IMG/VR virus record: IMGVR_UViG_3300008262_000055
Strand: one strand, 5' to 3'
DNA from: a virus
Taxonomy: Duplodnaviria > Caudoviricetes
Length of the DNA: 64,000 nucleotides
Below are positions 54,119 to 61,696 of the stretch, one piece after another; the first letter of the stretch is position 1, and each line of letters begins with the position of its first letter. Below the pieces are notes generated by a model. That model was not told where the DNA came from. It saw only the letters and a list, made by a program, of their open reading frames with translations, and made no database searches. A program made the position numbers and the translations under genes.

Positions 54119-54124
54119 GTTGTT

Positions 54125-54198
54125 TGGTACCTCGTGACAGAATCGAACTGCCGTATCCGCCGTGTAAAAGCGGAGTTCTACCATTAAACTAACGAGGC
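54125..54198 (-). tRNA. tRNA-Val(TAC)
   Basis: Loop TT-TAC-AC, CCA. Confidence 0.93.
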
Positions 54199-54203
54199 AA
54201 TAT

Positions 54204-54282
54204 TGGTCCGAGTGGCAAGATTCGAACTTGCGACATCCTGCTCCCAAAGCAGGCGGAATGAACCAGGCTATCCTACACTCGG
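54204..54282 (-). tRNA. tRNA-Pro(TGG)
   Basis: Loop TT-TGG-GA, CCA. Confidence 0.93.
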
Positions 54283-54289
54283 AAAAACT

Positions 54290-54364
54290 TGGTGGAGGTA
54301 CGGGGATTCGAACCCCGGATTCAAGCGTGCAAGGCTAGTGTGTTCCCAACTATACCATACCCCC
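54290..54364 (-). tRNA. tRNA-Ala(TGC)
   Basis: G3:U70, loop CT-TGC-AC, CCA. Confidence 0.95.
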
Positions 54365-54368
54365 TGGA

Positions 54369-54782
54369 TTATTTGCCAGGGCGTCTTAGCACTCCTGGGC
54401 TGTCGATATCAATAAAATCTACGTTACCATTATTGAGATCCATCTCATCTGACGGACTAGATTCTATTGATACAGATATTTGAAATTCGCTTAATAATTG
54501 TTGTAGTTCAACAAATGCTGGTAATTTGGTCAACTTTAATTGAAAGTCTTTTGATTGAAGAGAACTTTCGTGATATCGTTGTATAAAACCACTCTTACCG
54601 TCATCTGCCCAGCGTACCTTTTCGTAGGGCAACATAGTGCCTTCGATTATAGGATCTGAAAATACATAGGCTAATTCCATGAATTTATCATGACCTAAGA
54701 TATGATAATTGTAATTCATAAATTCGTCAAAATTAGGAAAATCCATTTCAACGCTGGTAAAAGTAACTTTAGTTAACACCAT
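54369..54782 (-). CDS. Hypothetical protein inside the tRNA array
   Basis: 137 aa, GGAG RBS, TAAATA upstream. Confidence 0.65.
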   Translation of the reverse strand: MVLTKVTFTSVEMDFPNFDEFMNYNYHILGHDKFMELAYVFSDPIIEGTMLPYEKVRWADDGKSGFIQRYHESSLQSKDFQLKLTKLPAFVELQQLLSEFQISVSIESSPSDEMDLNNGNVDFIDIDSPGVLRRPGK

Positions 54783-54813
54783 AAAAAACTCTCCGATATA
54801 TGGTATTTATGTA

Positions 54814-54888
54814 TGGCTCCAGAGGCAGGGATCGAACCTACGACCAATTGATTAACAGTCAACTGCACTACCGCTGTGCTACTCTGGA
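54814..54888 (-). tRNA. tRNA-Asn(GTT)
   Basis: Loop CT-GTT-AA, G73, CCA. Confidence 0.95.
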
Positions 54889-54893
54889 ATATT

Positions 54894-54967
54894 TGGTGCC
54901 CCATGAGAGAATCGAACTCCCAGCCACGGATTACAAAACCGTTGTTTTACCATTAAACTAATAGGGC
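54894..54967 (-). tRNA. tRNA-Thr(TGT)
   Basis: Loop TT-TGT-AA, CCA. Confidence 0.93.
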
Positions 54968-54991
54968 GTAAAACTATATATCATTTATCAT

Positions 54992-55066
54992 TGGCGGTCC
55001 CAGGGGGTAACGATCCCCCTCTTCTGGCGTGACAAGCCAGTGTGCGTCCATGAACACCTTGAGACC
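54992..55066 (-). tRNA. tRNA-Asp(GTC)
   Basis: Loop TT-GTC-AC, G73; atypical T-loop ATCGTTA; CCA. Confidence 0.9.
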
Positions 55067-55071
55067 TAATT

Positions 55072-55160
55072 TGGTGGAAGTGGTAGGATTCGAACCTACA
55101 GCGTTTCTTATGTGGCGGATTTACAGTCCGTTGCCTTCAACCAATTCAGCACACACTTCC
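55072..55160 (-). tRNA. tRNA-Tyr(GTA)
   Basis: Loop CT-GTA-AA, long variable arm, CCA. Confidence 0.93.
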
Positions 55161-55165
55161 CTAAC

Positions 55166-55241
55166 TGGTATCGCGGACGGGAATCGAACCCGCCTAGGCA
55201 GCGTGAAAGGCTGCTGACCTAACCCAGAAGTCCACCGCGAT
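55166..55241 (-). tRNA. tRNA-Glu(TTC), second copy
   Basis: Loop CT-TTC-AC, CCA; sequence distinct from the 54046 copy. Confidence 0.92.
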
Positions 55242-55252
55242 GTAAAATTTAA

Positions 55253-55490
55253 ACACTCTCCGCTATGCTTTTAGACGCCGTCGCAGGGCGAATGAAGAGT
55301 GTGTATTAAAGCATTCTAATAACGCCTGTTACGCAGTACTACGCTATGAGTGTAGCCGTCCCTATAGAATGCTTTAATACGCTACCATTATACTCTCTAC
55401 GTTGTCGCCATAGATTTCATCCGGTAGGCCGCCCGTTCACTCCATGTTTTAAGTGCGGAGCCAGGACCTCGTTTCCTGTATATTCACACT
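55253..55490 (-). ncRNA. Candidate structured RNAs at the head of the tRNA array
   Basis: ACACTCT/AGAGTGT-closed unit (55253-55302), 16-bp perfect IR unit (55303-55380), multi-hairpin unit (55381-55490). Confidence 0.5.
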
Positions 55491-55498
55491 TTGTACTA

Positions 55499-55663
55499 TT
55501 AGTTTACACTAAACGTCGGCTGTTTGGCTAACGCTTCGTGGTACACTCTAGCACGTTCAAACTTATCTTGAATAAGTTTTTGAAGTTGCTCTTTTGTAAG
55601 AACTGCTTCATAAGCCTGTTCAACAATCCGTTCATTTAATTTTGCGTAATCTATCTGTTCCAT
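55499..55663 (-). CDS. Small hypothetical protein (54 aa), first gene past the attenuator
   Basis: Not in ORF track; MEQIDYAKLNERIVEQAYE...; AAGGA RBS. Confidence 0.7.
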   Translation of the reverse strand: MEQIDYAKLNERIVEQAYEAVLTKEQLQKLIQDKFERARVYHEALAKQPTFSVN

Positions 55664-55675
55664 TTTTCCTTTTAA

Positions 55676-55711
55676 TAAACAAAAACCCCAGGGTTTTTAA
55701 TCCTGGGGTCC
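55676..55711 (-). terminator. Intrinsic terminator of the putative attenuator
   Basis: ACCCCAGG-9 nt-CCTGGGGT followed by TTTTGTTTATT. Confidence 0.85.
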
Positions 55712-55737
55712 TTTTGAAGTTTGAGTTTACTTTTTTG

Positions 55738-55881
55738 TTAACTCATGATCTCCATGGACCCCGGGTGTAGCTCTGGTGTGCGATCATATGATAGACTATT
55801 AATCGCAAACCAAGCAGAGGGCATTACGCCTCCTAACTGGGCTATCGATTTACATTGTCTATGTAATGATGTCGTTTTCAT
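55738..55881 (-). CDS. Putative attenuator leader peptide, 47 aa, containing all 20 amino acids
   Basis: Not in ORF track; MKTTSLHRQCKSIAQLGGVMPSAWFAINSLSYDRTPELHPGSMEIMS; 37 different codons; 3' end complementary to the terminator 5' arm. Confidence 0.75.
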   Translation of the reverse strand: MKTTSLHRQCKSIAQLGGVMPSAWFAINSLSYDRTPELHPGSMEIMS

Positions 55882-55929
55882 TTGCTTTCTTTATCCTTTG
55901 TTAACACGCTATTTCTAACGCATGTCTTA

Positions 55930-55958
55930 ATTGTACATTTATTTAGTCTCGCTGTCAA
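55930..55958 (-). promoter_or_regulatory. sigma70-type promoter P2 of the leader/tRNA array
   Basis: TTGACA-17 nt-TACAAT; TAAATA in the spacer. Confidence 0.85.
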
Positions 55959-56011
55959 CCACTATTTTTGTTTTGGCAAAAAAGTTTTTCTGCGTTCCTA
56001 ACCATGTCCTT

Positions 56012-56040
56012 ATTATATTGTCTGTTTATTTATATGTCAA
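56012..56040 (-). promoter_or_regulatory. sigma70-type promoter P1 with embedded T4 late motif
   Basis: TTGACA-17 nt-TATAAT; TATAAATA at 56027-56034. Confidence 0.9.
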
Positions 56041-56069
56041 TGATTTTTTTGTAAACTAATGTGGCATTT

Positions 56070-56312
56070 TTACAACATTTGATCAGTCTGTACTAGTAAG
56101 TGCTTACCAACTTCAAACAATCCCACACCGCCGACAAGATCGAGACAGCTAGCATGTATTTGGGCGTCTCCGTCTCTTCTTAATGAACACGCAACAAATT
56201 CTGTTATCTCGCCTTCGTCGATTTGCCGTTGTATTTCTGCTAACACTTCTAGCATTGATTCTTTGCGTTCTTCATCTTTTTTCTGTTTTGGATCTAATGA
56301 CACAACGTTCAT
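56070..56312 (-). CDS. Hypothetical protein
   Basis: 80 aa. Confidence 0.7.
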   Translation of the reverse strand: MNVVSLDPKQKKDEERKESMLEVLAEIQRQIDEGEITEFVACSLRRDGDAQIHASCLDLVGGVGLFEVGKHLLVQTDQML

Positions 56313-56319
56313 ACGGGCC

Positions 56320-56895
56320 TCATTCTAAAATGTGATCTGCTACTTTGAGTTCAACTGCTTCGTCTGCGGTCAGATATACGTCACTGGCAGGCAAAAGTTT
56401 TTTCTTGATAACACTAGGTGCTAACCCGGTGGCTTCTTTCAAAACTGCTACCATTCGTTCGTTACAGAGATCGTTTTCTTTCATAGATGCTTTGAGATCA
56501 TGATATTTGCCTTCGGTATTTTCTGTGAACTGATGGCACATGAAACTGGTATTCTTAGCAGCGTACCGCTGACCTTTGTCGCCTGCTGAGAAAATAAGGA
56601 ATGCGGCACTCATTACAGCACCAATACCGATACAGCGGATGACATGTGGACTGGCTTGCATAACATCGATTAATCCAAATGCTTGATATAAGTCTCCGCC
56701 CGTACTGTTAATGTAGATCGTGAGAATCTTTTCTTTAGACGTATCTAAATTTTCGTAAACTAACCATTTTACCACAGGGCCTACGGAATCTTCGTTGATT
56801 TCCCCGTTGATAAAATGTGTGTGATTTTCAAGTAGTTTGAGATCAATCCGATCTTCGGCTATGAAATCTTCCAGTTTTTTCACACGATGCTCCAT
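56320..56895 (-). CDS. clpP: ClpP-like protease proteolytic subunit
   Basis: IYINSTGG, catalytic S in AVMSAA, H in FMCHQ. Confidence 0.85.
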   Translation of the reverse strand: MEHRVKKLEDFIAEDRIDLKLLENHTHFINGEINEDSVGPVVKWLVYENLDTSKEKILTIYINSTGGDLYQAFGLIDVMQASPHVIRCIGIGAVMSAAFLIFSAGDKGQRYAAKNTSFMCHQFTENTEGKYHDLKASMKENDLCNERMVAVLKEATGLAPSVIKKKLLPASDVYLTADEAVELKVADHILE

Positions 56896-56937
56896 AATTT
56901 ACTCTTACTTATCCTTTAAAAGTAATTATAGCATCTG

Positions 56938-57213
56938 TTAATGGTTTTGCCAACAGTCATCTTTGTCGTTCCAGTGTCGATTATCGTATATTTGGAATTC
57001 CATGTTAAAGCCTACTAGTCCAACGCCAATGTGTATTCCAGCGTGACTTTGTTTTGCAGTTACTCGCAGGAAAAGGTCGATGATATCAGACCCTTTATAA
57101 ATCTGCGTTTCCCAAAACTTATATTGGGTAAATGGTACTATTCCGTGCCAGCATTTGATATTTCGAAATCTATCGCTGCCGGGGATGCGTAAATTGAAAT
57201 GTAAATTTATCAT
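56938..57213 (-). CDS. Hypothetical protein
   Basis: Start moved to MINLHF (ATGA overlap). Confidence 0.65.
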   Translation of the reverse strand: MINLHFNLRIPGSDRFRNIKCWHGIVPFTQYKFWETQIYKGSDIIDLFLRVTAKQSHAGIHIGVGLVGFNMEFQIYDNRHWNDKDDCWQNH

Positions 57214-57398
57214 TCTGGTAAGGGAGTAAATCGTGATAAGAAACTTTCTTGATAACAACTAAACTCTTTAGTAATATCTTGTTCGTTGGTTTCTAAAATA
57301 TAATGTACCCATGTGTGACCTTCAAGCTCAACAACATGTAGTACATGGTATACTTTACCATTTGACCCTGCCCATCTAGATCCATTCTTAACTTCCAT
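57210..57398 (-). CDS. Hypothetical protein
   Basis: 62 aa, AGGAG RBS. Confidence 0.7.
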   Translation of the reverse strand: MEVKNGSRWAGSNGKVYHVLHVVELEGHTWVHYILETNEQDITKEFSCYQESFLSRFTPLPE

Positions 57399-57408
57399 AA
57401 CGATCTCC

Positions 57409-57813
57409 TTATGTTTTGAAAACTTCCGTAGCCTCCGTGTCTACGTTCTCTACCATGTGTAGCATAAATCTGTAGGCGTCCCAGGCCTTCTTGACACTGT
57501 CGTTGTTGCTTGACGAAGTAGGAAAGATGTCTACCCATACAGAACTTTCTGGTTGCATATGACGGTGAAGACCCTGCTTACGAGGTTGTATCAACCGGTT
57601 AGTGTCCCAAAGTTGGTGAGCAACATCAACACATTTTTCTAAGTCAAACCCTAAAAGATATCTAGGTTCTGAACCGTACATATAGATCACATTCTCGATC
57701 TGTTCACGAGAGTGTATACTTGTAGCTGTGATAATAAATGCCACATCATCGATGCCGACATCACCGGAAACAATGTCACGTACACAGCGGCCTAGGCTAA
57801 ATCCAATTTTCAT
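57409..57813 (-). CDS. Conserved hypothetical phage protein
   Basis: MKIGFSLGRCVRDIV... Confidence 0.75.
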   Translation of the reverse strand: MKIGFSLGRCVRDIVSGDVGIDDVAFIITATSIHSREQIENVIYMYGSEPRYLLGFDLEKCVDVAHQLWDTNRLIQPRKQGLHRHMQPESSVWVDIFPTSSSNNDSVKKAWDAYRFMLHMVENVDTEATEVFKT

Positions 57814-57983
57814 TTTTTATCTTCTTTAAGGTAATTCCACACATTCCACTTGTCATGATGAATATAGGATCCTGCTACCATTAGCATATTATATGCATGA
57901 TCAGCATTACAAGGACTAACTACTTGTCGTCCTTCGTAAAGGTCTTGTAGTTTTGCTTCAAGCTCTTTTATTCGTTCATTCAT
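57810..57983 (-). CDS. Hypothetical protein (MNERIKE-type N-terminus)
   Basis: ATGA overlap with the upstream micro-ORF. Confidence 0.6.
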   Translation of the reverse strand: MNERIKELEAKLQDLYEGRQVVSPCNADHAYNMLMVAGSYIHHDKWNVWNYLKEDKK

Positions 57984-58087
57984 TCTTGGCACCTAACAAC
58001 ATGTGAGAACAGGGTCTTGCCGTTTTTTTGGGTATAGGTAAACCGCAAAAAGCATCGTGGGCATGTGACCTTCATGGTATGTGTCAT
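57980..58087 (-). CDS. Small zinc-finger-like protein (35 aa)
   Basis: Not in ORF track; CPRC...H...C; ATGA overlaps on both sides. Confidence 0.55.
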   Translation of the reverse strand: MTHTMKVTCPRCFLRFTYTQKNGKTLFSHVVRCQE

Positions 58088-58305
58088 AGTTTCTCTCCGC
58101 AATGTGGACACTTCTTTGCCGCGGCGTTACGCATTTCTTTCAGCGTCTTATTTAATTTACGTGCATCAGCAGTAATCCTGCGTATGGCTTTACGATCTCG
58201 TTCGTTTTTGGCTTTATCTAGTTCTTCTTTAAGATGCAACTTCATCTTGGTCAAACGACCTTCAAAAATTTCAATAAAGCCTGTTATGCCGGTTGACTCA
58301 CTCAT
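58084..58305 (-). CDS. Hypothetical coiled-coil protein with C-terminal CPHC
   Basis: 73 aa. Confidence 0.7.
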   Translation of the reverse strand: MSESTGITGFIEIFEGRLTKMKLHLKEELDKAKNERDRKAIRRITADARKLNKTLKEMRNAAAKKCPHCGEKL

Positions 58306-58309
58306 GCCA

Positions 58310-58591
58310 TTACCTTTTCTTTTTTGCTAATTCTTGTTCGCATTGAGCAATCGAGGCGTCAAGCATAGCAGTTGTGATTTCTTTGGGATTCATTCCAAAA
58401 TGTAGTTTGATCATGTCTACTCCTTGCCCGCGACTAATCATGTCACGCAACATGGGATTCAATGCTATACAACACTCTCTCACAATCAACTCGGCGAACT
58501 TTTCTGGGTCAAACCCTGTCAACTTCATTGCGGCTTTGTTAATTTCATCGTAGCCAGCGACTTTGGCTAGGGTCTTAATTCGTTCGTTCAT
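58310..58591 (-). CDS. Hypothetical protein (MNERI...EKFAELIVREC family)
   Basis: 93 aa. Confidence 0.7.
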   Translation of the reverse strand: MNERIKTLAKVAGYDEINKAAMKLTGFDPEKFAELIVRECCIALNPMLRDMISRGQGVDMIKLHFGMNPKEITTAMLDASIAQCEQELAKKKR

Positions 58592-58809
58592 CGTTCAGCC
58601 CAGCCTTGCTCACCACCCTGCTCATCGTAAGCACAGGGTCTAAAGAATGGAGTGGATCCCATCATTCTATCAAACACTAGTCCTGTCAGTGTCAGTGAAT
58701 CAATGGCACCACGATGCCGTTCAATTCTTACAGTACCCGCAATCTCAGTGCCATAGAAAAAGTTGTCTGTGGCACCACCCTGAATTTGTTGTTCAAAATA
58801 TTGTTTCAT
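58588..58809 (-). CDS. Hypothetical protein
   Basis: 73 aa, ATGA overlaps. Confidence 0.6.
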   Translation of the reverse strand: MKQYFEQQIQGGATDNFFYGTEIAGTVRIERHRGAIDSLTLTGLVFDRMMGSTPFFRPCAYDEQGGEQGWAER

Positions 58810-59081
58810 TCTTCAACTCCGAAATGTTTCTTACTCTTGTCAATTAATTTATGAAAATGCCAAATTTTACTTGTATGACATTTAATCACATCAGCTTTCA
58901 CAGCAGTGGATTTGAATTCTTCTACCAATTTAATTTCTTCTTCCACAATACTGACAAATTCCCGCACAATCAACTCGGCGAACTTTTGTGTATCAAAGTG
59001 TAACTGCCCGTCTACTAGAGCACCATCTACACGATGCGTCCAGCATTGTTTTTCTAATTCACGAATTAGTTGTTCGTTCAT
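58806..59081 (-). CDS. Hypothetical protein (MNE...KFAELIVRE family)
   Basis: 91 aa, paralog of 58310. Confidence 0.7.
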   Translation of the reverse strand: MNEQLIRELEKQCWTHRVDGALVDGQLHFDTQKFAELIVREFVSIVEEEIKLVEEFKSTAVKADVIKCHTSKIWHFHKLIDKSKKHFGVEE

Positions 59082-59536
59082 TTTTTTCTCAATTCATATT
59101 GTAGATGATGACGCAGATACTTGATCATTCCGTAGAGTTCTTTGCTGTTTTCAGGACAAAGTTTGGCCCGCCATTCGCTTTTGATCGATACTTGTTTTTT
59201 CTGAAGTACGCGAGTTTTAAAGGCAGTACCGGGTTTAGTTATAGTGATTGGGTAATCCTTAAGAGTTTCCCAATACATTCTATTACCTTTCATTGGCTTA
59301 CCAAATTTACAGACATAACCGTCAGGGGTAGTAATTGTCCAAGAATCCTTGTCATTCTTCGTCCACGAATAACCTTCAATTACATTTTGAATTTCTAGTT
59401 TCTCACTAGCTTCTTTTTGTAACGCAATCAGTCTATTGCTGATTCTCTGCATATCGTGAGGAGTTAGACCCATCAATTGGGCTTGTACTAGAATACGTTC
59501 TTGTTTATCGGTAAGTTGTGCTCTTTGTCGAGGCAT
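59078..59536 (-). CDS. Hypothetical protein
   Basis: 152 aa downstream of a sigma70 promoter. Confidence 0.7.
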   Translation of the reverse strand: MPRQRAQLTDKQERILVQAQLMGLTPHDMQRISNRLIALQKEASEKLEIQNVIEGYSWTKNDKDSWTITTPDGYVCKFGKPMKGNRMYWETLKDYPITITKPGTAFKTRVLQKKQVSIKSEWRAKLCPENSKELYGMIKYLRHHLQYELRKK

Positions 59537-59568
59537 AACAGACTTTCTATACTCGTTGATGATATTTT

Positions 59569-59597
59569 ATTATAACAGAAACTTGCTAGAAAGTCAA
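59569..59597 (-). promoter_or_regulatory. sigma70-type promoter
   Basis: TTGACT-17 nt-TATAAT. Confidence 0.8.
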
Positions 59598-59603
59598 AAG
59601 TGA

Positions 59604-59795
59604 CTAAGACCATTTTAAGCCAAACAATACCAAAGTGTTGTCATCAAAATACTGCACGGTCATTCCTTGGAATACGCAGGCATTCTTTTTACACCATTGT
59701 TTTAATTCTTCTTCGTGTTCGGCCCAAAATTTGTAATCGGATAGAAAAATAATCCTATTCTTCTTTTCAACAATGAATGTGCTGTTCAACTCCAC
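59604..59795 (-). CDS. Small protein, WC...FxLxW family
   Basis: WCKKN...LFGLKWS. Confidence 0.7.
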   Translation of the reverse strand: MELNSTFIVEKKNRIIFLSDYKFWAEHEEELKQWCKKNACVFQGMTVQYFDDNTLVLFGLKWS

Positions 59796-60046
59796 CTCAT
59801 AGCAAACATACTAGCATCCTGTTCGTTTTGGAAATACCAAGCACGGCAATTGGATTCTCGTATATCTCTAAATTTGTTTTGGCAATGTTCCATACACCAA
59901 GTAAGTTTGTCGTTGAAGTCATCATCACTGTCTAAACGAACAACATGATACGAATGTAAGATTGACATTAGTTTGTCATCTTCTAATAATACAGCACCTA
60001 CAGTTTTGTGGGCCATATTGATAAAGGATTTTGGATCGTTGCTCAA
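59786..60046 (-). CDS. Small protein, WC...FxLxW family
   Basis: WCMEH...YFQNEQDASMFAMRWS. Confidence 0.75.
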   Translation of the reverse strand: MSNDPKSFINMAHKTVGAVLLEDDKLMSILHSYHVVRLDSDDDFNDKLTWCMEHCQNKFRDIRESNCRAWYFQNEQDASMFAMRWS

Positions 60047-60444
60047 TTACCGTACCTTAGCAACCACTCTGTTAGGGCAGGACCCATCAACTTTGCTCTT
60101 ATTTGATATTGGTATCCGTAACTCATGGGATCTGCTATTCGATACCACGTAGGTGTATCAGCAGCGTTCTTCATAACCCATTGACCAGCATCGCTCTTTT
60201 CCCATTCGTATAACGGTTGAGCAGCATACAGATCTGGATCCTCAACATCACCCATTGAAAATGAATGGACTATTATTTCACGACATTCTTCCACACGATC
60301 TCCTACGATGTTGTACTTATAGTAAGGAGGTCTGTGAGTGTACGGAGAGTGATGTTGGAAATAGCTGTCAGCGAGTTTTTGGTTTATCTGTTTAGTATGA
60401 TCAGGAGCATTTGGCCACATAATGCTTTCTTTAAGACGTCCCAT
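60043..60444 (-). CDS. Conserved hypothetical phage protein
   Basis: FSMGDVEDPDLYAAQPLYEW... Confidence 0.75.
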   Translation of the reverse strand: MGRLKESIMWPNAPDHTKQINQKLADSYFQHHSPYTHRPPYYKYNIVGDRVEECREIIVHSFSMGDVEDPDLYAAQPLYEWEKSDAGQWVMKNAADTPTWYRIADPMSYGYQYQIRAKLMGPALTEWLLRYGN

Positions 60445-60445
60445 T

Positions 60446-60676
60446 TTATAGCCACTTCAATCCAAACATTACAGCATCTGTTTCACGAGCAAAATGGTAC
60501 ATAAGAAAATCTCGCTCGTGATCTACATGCCAAGGACGATCTTCGTCTACCTGATCTCTAAATCTAGCATGAACTCCAACATTAGTCAACAACCAAACAT
60601 TTATTGGACTTTCGTCAATCCATTGATTGCGATACGGGGGATGATTTAATTTAACACTAGCTGAAATCATAGCCAT
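60446..60676 (-). CDS. Small protein, WC...FxLxW family
   Basis: WLLTNVG...FARETDAVMFGLKWL. Confidence 0.7.
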   Translation of the reverse strand: MAMISASVKLNHPPYRNQWIDESPINVWLLTNVGVHARFRDQVDEDRPWHVDHERDFLMYHFARETDAVMFGLKWL

Positions 60677-60927
60677 TTTAAAGTAAAATTGATAGCATCG
60701 CCTTCATTTTCAAATACAAAGGTACTTCCCCTGTGTTCAAAATGATGTTTAATATGTTCTTCACACCACATAAGAATATTAATAGAATGCTTTCTACTAA
60801 AAAATCTAGTCAAGGTAACTTTCTTCCATCCGCAGGCTTGGACCAGCATATTGGAAAGAATATCAAAGTCTATTTCACTCTGCATCTGTGTGGCTAGTTC
60901 TTGGGTTATTTCTTCTTCTAAGTTCAT
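60667..60927 (-). CDS. Small protein, WC...FxLxW family
   Basis: WCEEH...FVFENEGDAINFTLKWL. Confidence 0.75.
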   Translation of the reverse strand: MNLEEEITQELATQMQSEIDFDILSNMLVQACGWKKVTLTRFFSRKHSINILMWCEEHIKHHFEHRGSTFVFENEGDAINFTLKWL

Positions 60928-61310
60928 AGTCTACTTTTCAAATCTTTTTCAAATACACCCCACCCTAAACGAGTCTTTGGTGCGTTCTTTTTAGATTGTA
61001 TACATAGATATCCCTCGTCGTCAACAGTAACTTTCCAATGATAATATTTTTCATTGTAGAGATAATCTTTTAACTGTGCTAGTAAGACCCCAGGCATTTT
61101 TAAATCTAAATTTACTTGAGCAATAGGACTTGTCTTGCCTCTAAGTATGTCTTGTAATTTTAATTTTTCAAGAGTATCTTGATTGAGAGGAGCCCACGAT
61201 ACTCTATCATACAGAGAGTACCCATCACAACAGCTCAATGCTTGATCTCGTATTTTGTTAAAGTCGTATTCGCGGATCATGACTTTACGTCTAAGTGTTC
61301 TTATCGCCAT
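60924..61310 (-). CDS. Hypothetical protein
   Basis: 128 aa. Confidence 0.7.
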   Translation of the reverse strand: MAIRTLRRKVMIREYDFNKIRDQALSCCDGYSLYDRVSWAPLNQDTLEKLKLQDILRGKTSPIAQVNLDLKMPGVLLAQLKDYLYNEKYYHWKVTVDDEGYLCIQSKKNAPKTRLGWGVFEKDLKSRL

Positions 61311-61696
61311 TTTAATACAAACACCATTCTATCTACTTCGTTGCGGAACCAAAACTTGCGATTGTTCATGTACCAACGCTGTGCTGGTATTGGTGCCGGC
61401 CCCGAGTCCCATATCTTATCCCCAGGAGCACCAAATGTTTCGTGACACCATTGTTCCATTTCTAACCAGGAACCACCCACGGGCTCAACACAATAGTACC
61501 TAGCACCGTAGACTGTGCCTTCTGTGAGCTTAAGATCTTCCACAGGGCGAGCATGAAGATCTTCCCACAGTCGTTGAAAAGCCTGAGCAGAATATAGACT
61601 CTTGCCCATGTTTCGGCCAGCGGTAAAAATTTTTAACTCTTTGCCTTTGTGCTGTGTCATTTTATCTAAAAGGTCTAGTTGCCACGGTTGTATCAT
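61301..61696 (-). CDS. Small protein, WC...FxLxW family
   Basis: WCHETFG...FWFRNEVDRMVFVLKWR. Confidence 0.75.
   Translation of the reverse strand: MIQPWQLDLLDKMTQHKGKELKIFTAGRNMGKSLYSAQAFQRLWEDLHARPVEDLKLTEGTVYGARYYCVEPVGGSWLEMEQWCHETFGAPGDKIWDSGPAPIPAQRWYMNNRKFWFRNEVDRMVFVLKWR

Noticed and set aside
48112-55241. Suppressor or selenocysteine tRNAs / alternative genetic code
   Set aside because: No CTA, TTA or TCA anticodon was found (Ser has anticodon TGA, reading UCA), and long genes are intact in code 11.
48060-55490. HDV-like (theta) or hammerhead ribozymes at tRNA 3' ends
   Set aside because: I could not place the nested double-pseudoknot core or a CUGANGA/GAAA core by eye in any spacer; a covariance-model search is still needed.
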